A stretch of 64,000 nucleotides of DNA from Cetorhinus maximus. Lineage: Eukaryota. Under the pieces are notes generated by a model, which searched no databases, had not been told where the DNA came from, and saw only the letters and a program-made list of their open reading frames with translations. Each line of letters opens with the position of its first letter. The first letter of the stretch is position 1. The position numbers and the translations under genes were made by a program. Shown piece by piece: positions 1 to 9,077 of the stretch. The stretch is taken from contig NC_135903.1 in assembly GCF_964194155.1 (NCBI RefSeq), forward strand, positions 10,664,001 through 10,728,000. The letters run 5' to 3'.

Positions 1-1313
1 GAAATGTCCTCATTTCCCTGTTGGATTTGTTAGTAATTATGTTATTCTGTGTCAAAACCTATTCTCCCCTCAAAGAATCTGATATTCCAAATCTATCCAA
101 CGCTTGAATAGATCAGTCCTATATCTGGGCAGCTCTTCCATCACCTCTCTGTGCCTGCACCCGTGCATATGAGGATGATCCCAGGTTAAATTCCTAATCA
201 GCTGAGCTCAACTGAGGCTGCAGGAACTATCTTGTACATACAGCCCCTGGTTCTGGATTCTCCCACAAGTTGAAACATTCTCTCTATATTTATCCTGTCC
301 AACAAATCAATAATTTGAAAGACCATTTCAGGTCTCCTCTAAGGCTTCCCCTACAGAGGTCTAGTGGCTCAGTAGCTAGTGTCCCTACCTCTAAGCTAGA
401 AGCTCTGAGTTCAAGCCCCACTCTGGGACTTTTTGGTTACAAAAAGTGTGTTCATGATGTGGTTCAAGCAGGTTGATAATCAGCCTGCTAACCCTGCCAC
501 TACTCCCCAAAGTGGGGAAAAAGGTGTATGCAAAAATACAAAACAAATAAGTCTTTTTTTACCAAAGAATACTGGCACATATTGTGGTACAGGACTGGCA
601 CTTGGAGTGGCATCACAACAGAGCATGGTGCTGTCCCTATCAGGTGTCCACGAAGTTGCACTTTCCAGCAAGGGGTCACTGTGTAGCGATTAGGAGTAGA
701 AAATATATCTGAATCCTCATCTCTTAGCTTCCTCCCCAAAGAAAGTGATTGTAGTTTCTTCAATTAGGGCCTCAGTTGAGCTCAACTAACTAGTAATTGA
801 ACTTAGGCTCTTCCTCATCTGTATCAGTGCAGACAGAGCCTGGTGCAGAGGTTCTGGAAGAGGTCCCCAGATACAAGATTGACATTCAACTGTTGGATGA
901 TTTGGAGTGTTTTGAGGGGGGAACAGTTTTTGACACAGAATGAGAAAACCAGCTTCTCCAGCAGCTTCAGTCATGTGTGACTTCCACTTGGGATCCGAGG
1001 GGTTGACAAGGCCAGGGATGTTAATATCAGAGGGGGTTGGGGTGGAGCCGTCGAGGGGCAATGTTGGAAGCTGCTGATTAGACTTGTGTGAGTGATAAAG
1101 ACCTTGTGGGAGTGATTTACACCATTGCTGCCTAACAGGCAGCAGTTGCTTGGGTAGTTAGAATCCCCGGGTCAGTCACTCCCCACCCCACTAAACCACT
1201 GGTAGTTGACTTGAGATTTTAGAGAGGAGATGATAAGGATACTTACCCAAAACCAGCATCTATTAATCATACCTGTGTTTAACTTACTGTTCTTGGGTTT
1301 GTTTACTTTCTAG

Positions 1314-1400
1314 TGCAACTACTGAGAATGTGGAGAGAGAGCTAAATATGGACCTCAATACAGCTCACTCTGCCTGCTCAGTTCTTCAGTCAGTTAAAAG
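1314..1400 (+). CDS. GIP: GIP-like (gastric inhibitory polypeptide precursor) internal exon, equivalent to human exon 4
   Basis: tttctag| 87-nt exon |gtgagt. Only the phase-2 frame is open: xATTENVERELNMDLNTAHSACSVLQSVK+AG. Arg-Glu falls at the same position as in human DWKHNITQRE. Lies upstream of SNF8 on the same strand, as GIP does in human. Confidence 0.7.
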
Positions 1401-2161
1401 GTGAGTTGTAGCTTCTGAGACTATGTAAAATGAAGAAAGTAGGCAAATAACCATGAATAAACCCAATGGTCTGGCAATAATAACTCCAAGGGACAACAGT
1501 GAATATCTAATGACTTTGTTTTTTTTGTTTTCATCTTTGAAAGGCCTGCATTTATATAACCCCCTTCACAACCTCAGATATACCAAAGGCCTGAGTGTAG
1601 TCACTGTTTTAAGGTAGGAAAAATGACAGCCAATTTACACACAGCAAGCTCCTACAAACAGCAGTGCAATAATAGCCAGATAATTTGTACTAGTGATGTT
1701 AGGTGAGGGATAAATATTGATCAGTACACCAAGAAGAACAGCTCTGCTCTTCTTCTGATAGTGCTGTGGGAAATTTTGTCTCCCTGAGTGCAGGTGAGGC
1801 CTGGATTTAACGTTTGATCTAAAAGATGGTAACTCTGACAGTGCAGCATTCTCTCAGTAGTCAGCCTGGATTACGCACTCAAGTCCCTGAGTGGCACTTG
1901 AACTCACAATCATCTGACTCAGAGCAAGCGTGCTACCCAGTGAACCAAGGTTGATATTTACAAGCACAAGTAACAGAAACGTCAACCTACTTGTAATTCT
2001 GCAGGATGTTACCAAACGCATGTCTAGATGTCAGTGGCAGTACCAGAGGTTTCTAATCCTTCAGGATTGTCCTGGAATCTTCAGGAATTAAAGATAATAT
2101 TGGTTTATAATGTTCCTGTGAAGCGCCTGAGGACATTTTATTATGTACAGGTGTTACATAA

Positions 2162-2945
2162 GCCATAAGACCATAAGACATAGGAGCAGAAATTAGGCCT
2201 GATAAGTTTCTCAACCCCATTCTCCCGCCTTCTCCCCGTAACCTTTGATCCCCTTACCAATCAAGAACCTATCTATCTCGGTCTTAAATACACTCAATGA
2301 CCTGGCCTCCACAGCCTTCTGTGGCAATGAATTCCATAGATTCACCACTCTCTGGCTAAAGAAGTTTCTCCTCATCTCTGTTCTAAAAGGTCTTCCCTTT
2401 ACTCTGAGGCTGTGCCCTCGGGTCCTAGTCTCTCCTACTAATGGAAACATCTTCCCCACGTCCACTCTATCCAGGCCTTTCAGTATTCTGTAAGTTTCAA
2501 TCAGATGCCCCCTCATCCTTCTAAACTCCATCGAGTATAGACACAGGGTCCTCAAACGTTCCTCACATGTTAAGCCTTTCATTCCTGGGATCGTTCTCGT
2601 GAACCTCCTCTGGACCCTCTCCAGGGCCAGCACATCCTTCCTGAGATACGGGGCCCAAAATTGCTCACAATATTCTAAATGTGATCTGACCAGACCCTTA
2701 TAAAGCCTCAGCAGCACATCCCTGCTTTTATATTCTAGTCCTCTCGAAATAAATGCCAACATTGCACTTGCCTTCCTAACTACCGACTTAACCTGCAAGT
2801 TAACCTTAACAGAATCCTGGACTAGGACTCCCAAGTCCCTTTGCACTCCAGATTTCTGAATTCTCTCCCCATTTAGATAATAGTCTATGCCTCTATTCTT
2901 CCTACCAAAGTGCATGACCTCACACTTCCCCACGTTGTATTCCAT
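2162..2945 (-). mobile_element. Young 5'-truncated CR1 LINE (end of ORF2 plus microsatellite tail)
   Basis: Uninterrupted 244-aa ORF (KCEVMHFG...HLEYCEQFWAPY...RNFFSQRVVNLWNSLP) and (TCTTATGG)n tail. Confidence 0.92.
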
Positions 2946-4179
2946 TCTTTTTTTTTGCCAAAGTTGTTGCTGTTATTAATCTCCTGGGCGTTACTGTAAG
3001 GAACTCTTAATAGAAAAATCATAGAAAGCATTAAAAAGATGTGTTTTATTCATTTTCTTTAAACTCTCTTGTTATTAGTTATAAAAAGATTGGAGATGGG
3101 AAAGTAGGCTGTTTGACAGGGTGCGGCAGTTAGAGGCATTATGGTCACATGATGAAACCTCCAGGAATGTATCCAACTAGAGTTGGCGACACTGGGTAGC
3201 ACAGACTATCTTGAAGGCATAAGGGAGTTGGGATTTGCCTATGTTAGTGATCGAAAAGTCAGAGGTGGGAAATTCTGGAGAAAGTTAGCATTAAAAAAAA
3301 AGGCAACAAAATTAGAGCAAATCCTTTCAGTTCAGGGAGAAAACTGAAAAAAAAAACATGTTCTTAATGAGTTTGATGCAAAATTGGATGAATTTCTGAC
3401 TAAATGCACCACTGCGCTTCAACACCAGGGGTCATGTGTCACTTACTGGCCAGGAACCAGAAGTGGGAGTCCAGGAAGTGTTCTAATTAGTGCCAACAGA
3501 CAGAAAGGTAAAACTTTCATTTATATAATGCCTTTCATGACCTGAGAATGTCACAAAACACTTTATAATAATGTATTAATAGAATGTAAAATCTAAGACA
3601 GTTAAAGGTACACTCTCTTTACAAAATAGTGTTTGACAAAATCTTTTTCCTGCAATTATCTAAATAATGTAACGTTATTGATTCACTTTTGTACACTGCC
3701 ATTACAATAAATGAACTAGCATTTATACATCACCTTTCACATAGTCAAGGGTTACATGAATCAGAAAGGAAAGTGGAGTTGAGGCCACAATCAGATCAGT
3801 CATGATCTTACTGAATGGTGCAGCTGGCTCGATGAGCCGAATGTCCCACTCCGGCTCCTCAGTCTCGTGTTGTGTTCTTGTACTCGGGATGACCCAAAGC
3901 GTTTTACAGTCAGTCCCATACTTCGGAAGAGTGGTCACTGTTACAATGTAGAAAACACAGCAACCAATTTGCACACAGAAAACATTAACATTGCTAACAG
4001 CGATATGATCCTGAGCAGATAATCTGCTTTTGGTGATGTTGATTAAGGGATAGATATTGGCTCAGGATACGAGGAAGAATTCCCCTGCTCTTCTTGTAAT
4101 AACGCTGGAAGTAATAAACAGGGCCTCAGTTTAAGATCTCATCTGGAAAACGGCACCTTTGACTGCACAACACTGAAGT

Positions 4180-5100
4180 AACATGGAAACATAGAAAATA
4201 GGAGCAGGAGTAGGTCATTCAGCCCCTCGAGCCTGCTCCACCATTCAATACGATCATGGCTCATCCTCTATCTCAACGCTGTACTCCTGTGCTCTCCCCA
4301 TACCCCTTGACGCCTTTAGATCTAGAAATTTATTTATTTCCTTCTTAAATATATTCAGTGACTTGGCCTCCACAGCCTCTGTGGTAGAGAATTCCACAGG
4401 TTCATCACCCTGAGTGAAGACGTTTCTCCTCATCTCAGTCCTAAATGGCCTACCCCATATCCTGAGACTGTGACCCCTTCTTCTAGATCACCCCCAGCCA
4501 GAGGAAACATCGTCCCTGCATCCAGTCTGTCCAGCCCTGTCAGAATTTTATACGTTTCAATGAGATCTTCTCTCATTCTTCTAAACTCCAGTGAATACAG
4601 GCCTAGTCGGCCCAATCTCCTCATACGATAATCCTGCCATCCCAGGAATCAGTCTGGTGAACCTTCGCTGCACTCCCTCTATGGCAAGTATATCCTTTCT
4701 TAGGTAAGGAGACCAAAACCGCACACAATACTCCAGGTGTGGTCTCACCAAGGCTCTGTACAGCTGCAGTAAGACATCTTTGTTCCTGTACCCAAGTCCT
4801 CTCGCAATGAAGGCCAAGGTACCATTTGCCTTCTTAACTGCTTGCTGCACCTGCATGCTTGCTTTCAGTGATTAGTGTACAAGGATACCCAGGTCCCTTT
4901 GTACATCAACATTTCCCAATCTATCACCATTTAAATAATACTCTGCTATTCTGTTTTTCTGACCAAAGTGGATAACTTCACACTTATCCACATTTATTGT
5001 ATCTGCCATGTATTTGCCCACTCACTCAACCTGTCTAAATCACCTTGAAGCCCCTTAGCCGAATAGCCTATTTCTGCTCCTATGTCTTATGGTCTTATGG
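4180..5100 (-). mobile_element. CR1 LINE fragment with an oppositely oriented CR1 tail at 5055-5100
   Basis: ORFs 4581-4856 and 4430-4624 (RPHLEYCVRFWSPYL), with tail repeats at both ends. Confidence 0.88.
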
Positions 5101-5160
5101 TTTCTTCTATTTTCACTGAGTTCTCCCATTCAGTGATTTCCACTATGTTTTATATTTTAG

Positions 5161-5262
5161 TGGTACTTGATCTGCAGATCCTGCTTATTCTCTCCTGAGA
5201 GATCAGCTTATCCAGGAGTTGCTGGACAGACTTAGAATTACCATTGAGGCCACCAACCAAAA
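5161..5262 (+). CDS. GIP: GIP-like exon 5 equivalent (C-terminal propeptide) with in-frame TGA at 5168-5170
   Basis: tattttag| acceptor. Phase-2 frame reads SGT*SADPAYSLLRDQLIQELLDRLRITIEATNQK versus human SSPAKNPSDEDLLRDLLIQELLACLLDQTNLCRLR, without gaps. 102 nt, followed by gcaagc at the expected donor position. Confidence 0.7.
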
Positions 5263-5540
5263 GCAAGCTGCTCACATGTCTGCCCTGAAAGGACATGAAA
5301 TGGGGAGGGGGGAGAGGCCGGTACCATAAAACAGTGACGGACAATGATCACTTGATGAACATTTTCTAACATGAAGCTCAACTCAAGCCCATATCCTAAC
5401 CCCATCACTCTTGGGCTCACTCAGAATTCCCAGACTGGCAACATCCTGATTTTTGAATCCAATCCTTGTCTTCCATTCTCTCCTTGGCCTTGCACTATAT
5501 CAAAAATGCTATATAAATGCAAGTCATTGATGCTGTTGTT

Positions 5541-5835
5541 GAGGAACAGCACCTTATCTTTCTACTAGGCACATTACAGCCTTCCAGCCTCAACCTTGAG
5601 TTAAACAACTCCAGATCGTAAGCACCCCTTTCCTTAAACAACTGTTGTGTGAATGGAGCTCCTGGGAGTGGAGGAGGTGTGGGCTGATTCTTGGGGTGGG
5701 GACCGCCAATGGTACATGGCTGGTGGTGACCTCCCACCACCACATTCTGCAAGCCATTTCCTCTTTACCAAATTTTCCACATTTCCCTCTCCCTCTGCTA
5801 GTCTGCCAGTCACCATTTACACTTTTTGTTCACAT
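5541..5835 (+). mobile_element. Penelope-like element fragment (end of the GIY-YIG endonuclease plus 3' region)
   Basis: EEQHLIFLLGTLQPSSLNLELNNSRS* at 5541-5621. Confidence 0.7.
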
Positions 5836-6098
5836 CTTTTGTGTCATTGTTTTAATGTAAGAAACATAGCAGTCAAGATGCACACAGCAAGCTCCCACAA
5901 ACAATAGTCTGATAATGACCAGATAATCTGTTGTTAGGATATTTATTAGCCAGGACACTGAGGAGAACCCTCCTACTCTTCTTCAAAATGATTCCATGGG
6001 ATCTTCCAAATCTACCTAAGAGGACAAGGCAGGGCCTCAGTTTAACTTCTCACCTGAAAGACACCACCTCTGACAACGCAGCATTCCCTCAGGACTGG

Positions 6099-6705
6099 AA
6101 TAGAAGCTGGAAAAGCTCAGCAGGTCTGGCAGCATCTGTGGAGAGAGAAGCAGAGTTATGTTTTGAGACCAATATGACTCTTCTTCTGAACTGAAGAGAG
6201 GTAGAAATGTGATGGTTTTATGCTGTTGTAAAAGGGGGGAGGGGCAGGTGGAGCAAAAGGGAAGGTCAGGGATAGGTTAGAGGGTGGGGGAGATTAAATG
6301 ACAAATATGTCATGGATCAAAAAGCAAAGAGAATGGTAAAGCAACCGAGATTGGTCCAGCGATGGTGTTAATAGCAGAGTAAAGGTCAGCACTATCTGAA
6401 AGCAAAACATGAGAACAAGATACACAAGAGGCACGAGGGGAAAAAAATTCCAAATGGAGGACAGAGTTCATGGTCTCAAGTTGTTGAACTCAATGTTGAG
6501 TTCAGAAAGTTGTAAAGTGCCTAATTGGAAGATGCGGTGCTGTTCCTCCAGTTTGCTCTGAGCTTCATTGGAATATTGTAGCAGGCTGAGGACAGAAATC
6601 TAAGCGTGAGACCAAGATGGGGAATTAAATGGCAAGGGACCAGAAGGTCGGGGTCATGCTTGCAGACTGAACAGAGGTGCTCCGCAGTCAGCCAGTCTGA
6701 GGTCT
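6099..6705 (-). mobile_element. Penelope-like element fragment nested in a SINE
   Basis: Minus strand SVLSLLQYSNEAQSKLEEQHRIFQLGTLQLSELNIEFNNLR. SINE sequence stops at ~6098 and resumes at ~6710. Confidence 0.72.
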
Positions 6706-7710
6706 CCCATAGTACTGCACTGGGAGCGTCATAGATTCATACATCACCATTCCATCACTGTCACTGGATCAAAATCCTGGAACTCCTTCCCAAACAGCAC
6801 AGTGGATGTACTACATGGAGTGCAGCAGTTCAAGCAGGTGGCTCACCATCATCTTCTCAAGGACAATTAAAGATGGGTAATAAATGTTGGCCTTGCCAGC
6901 GATGGCCACATCTCATGTAAATATTTAAAAAGTGCAGGATGAGGCCATTCAGCCTATTATGCCTGTGCTGGCTCTTTGAAAGAGCTATCTAATTAGTCCC
7001 ATTCCACTTCCCTTTCCCCACAGCCCTTCATTTTCTTCCCTTTCAGTATTTTTATCCAATTCCCTTTTGAAAATTATTATTGAATCTGTTTCCATCACTC
7101 TTTCAGGCAGTTCATTGCAGGTCACAACAAATCAATGTGCAAAAAAAGTCTCCTCATCTCATCTCTGATTCTTTTGCCAATTATCTTAAATCTGTGTCTT
7201 CTCGTTACTGACCCTTCTGCCACGGAAACAGTTTCTTCTTATCTATTGAAACCCTGACAGAAAAAGACCATTCAGCCCAACCAGGCTATGCTGGCATTTA
7301 TGCTTTGCTCAAGCCTCCTCCAATCCTTCATCCTTGAACGTTGTCAATATAACCCTCTATTCCCTTCTCCCTCATTGCTTGTCTAGCTTCACCTTAAACT
7401 ACTCCCTGTGGTACTGAGTTCAACATTCTCACCACTCTCTAGGTAAAGAAGATTTCTTTGAATTCACTATTTGATTTATTGGCGACTATCTTATATTGAT
7501 GGCCTTGTTTTGCTCTCACACAAGCGGAAACAAGTGTCTAATCTACCAAAACCTTTCATAATCTTAAAGATCTTTATCGGTGGCTTGTGCTCAGTGACTT
7601 CCTCCGAAGTTAAGGTATGAAGGAATTAAAGATGTGAATCCGTGCATGGAGGCTTTGTTGAACAGAGAATATAATTGGTTCCTCCTCTCACCCATGTGTG
7701 TTTCTTATAG

Positions 7711-7870
7711 GATCCAGGGAGCTGAGTGATATGATCACCAACTTGAAACTTGCCAATCACAAGAATGGCTTCACGGATACAAGTTAATCTTTGTCTTAGC
7801 AAATTTATAAAGATTTAGAAAAATGTAAATGTGATCAGTTAAATAATAAAAATCTACTCACCCCAAAACC
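7711..7870 (+). other. GIP: Candidate terminal exon of the GIP-like gene (ancestral stop TGA 7727-7729, AATAAA 7845-7850)
   Basis: tttcttatag| acceptor. The phase-2 frame gives (K)IQGAE*, a very short coding tail like human exon 6, with AATAAA ~115 nt later in unique sequence. Confidence 0.5.
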
Positions 7871-8019
7871 TTGCAATCACTTGCCTTCTTCCATTTCCTT
7901 AGTTCTTACGAGTCTCTAGGTAATCCATTCACCACTTTAAACATTCCCTCTGCTAATGGCGTAAATTTTGTGTGTACTATTGATAAAAAGCACTGTAATA
8001 ACTGCCAAGGCTTCTTTGT

Positions 8020-8290
8020 TAGCACCTCCCATCTAGCCTGCAAGTTCTACCACCTCGCAGGACAGAGGCAGCAGATGCAGGGGAACACCACCACCTGTAA
8101 GTTCCCCTCCAACCTGACTTGGAAATATATCGCTGCTCCTTCATTGTCGCTGGGTCAAAATCCTGGAACTCCCTCCCTAACAGCACTGTGGGTGTACCTA
8201 CAACACATGGACTGCAGCGGCTCAAGAAGGCAGCTCGCCACCGCCTTCTCAAGGGCAGAATTGGGCAATAAATGCACATCCTGAGAAATT
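8020..8290 (+). mobile_element. 3' fragment of a CR1/L2-group LINE (same family as 48055-50190)
   Basis: Shared GGGTCAAAATCCTGGAACTCCCTCCCTAACAGCACTGTGGG...GGGCAATAAATG end. Confidence 0.8.
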
Positions 8291-8587
8291 TTAAAATTGC
8301 GATTCTCAAACATGAAATAAAGTTTGCTTATTTTAGCTTTTCACTTGTTAAGATTAATTTAGTGAAATCTAAATAGGAAAAACACAACTGTTACAGATCC
8401 CTGGGCTCATCTATCAGGAGGCTAAATAAACACGTGGGAGAAGGAAATGGAATGGTATCTGCTGATGGGCTAGGATGAAATAGGCTGGAGGAGCCTCGTA
8501 TGGAGCAAACATCAACATTGGCCAGTTTCCCTGTGTGGAAACACAGTGATGGTGGATATGAAGGGAGAGGCTGAGAGAAAGTTGGAA

Positions 8588-8608
8588 GCACGATGGGAAA
8601 TGTAGTTT
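8588..8608 (-). promoter_or_regulatory. ZNF143/Staf-type promoter motif (ACTACAnnTCCCA) upstream of SNF8
   Basis: Minus strand AAACTACATTTCCCATCGTGC, ~420 nt upstream of the SNF8 ATG. Confidence 0.6.
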
Positions 8609-8769
8609 AATGTACAGCGGAAATGCTGCTGTTTAAAGGCTCCAGATTAAATAATGGTTAAAGAGGTTAGAGTTAAGAGGGTTGGAATGTGTTTACAATG
8701 TAACTAGAAATAGCAACAAGGAAACTGTAATATGCAGTAACGTTAGGAGTTACTACAGGGGGAGGGAGA

Positions 8770-9077
8770 GAGGGAGAATCGCTGATATTGGGGTTACTAC
8801 TTTATCCGCTGGTGTTGCCATTAAATTCGCTGCGGGTTTTGTTGCCGCCTCCGTGTCGCAGGCGGATGGAGTCAGTGTGGAACCGGCAACAAGGCGGAGC
8901 CGGAGACCGAGACAGAGACGGGGAAGCGGGGCAGGACTGGAGAGCGGAGCTGGTGAATCGGGTTCCCGGTTTCTGATTATTGTCTTTCAGCAAAAAAAAA
9001 ACCAGACCCAAAGTTCTGCAAAGATGCACAGAAGGGGAGTTGGAGCCGGTGCCATCGCCAAGAAGAAACTGGCAGAA
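8770..9077 (+). promoter_or_regulatory. CpG-rich promoter / 5' UTR of SNF8
   Basis: Local GC and CpG enrichment ahead of the ATG in otherwise CpG-poor DNA. Confidence 0.7.
9024..9077 (+). CDS. SNF8: SNF8 coding exon 1
   Basis: aagATG; [18 protein letters not shown] |gtaagt. Confidence 0.97.

Noticed and set aside
359-430. tRNA gene candidates (also at 29025, 33543, 42730, 50490)
   Set aside because: A and B boxes run into SINE bodies with no complete cloverleaf; these are SINE heads.
786-1061. 91-aa minus-strand ORF in unique sequence
   Set aside because: Non-ATG start, no recognisable domain, and it lies in a GIP-like intron.
5168-5170. TGA as selenocysteine or programmed readthrough
   Set aside because: I could not identify a SECIS downstream, the aligned human residue is not Cys, and the context TGA-TCT is not the TGA-CTAG readthrough motif. 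Not excluded, but unsupported.
5171-5180. Alternative acceptor ctgcag| that would skip the TGA
   Set aside because: It needs a phase-1 upstream exon, but the 1314-1400 exon is open only in phase 2, so the conserved motif would be out of frame.
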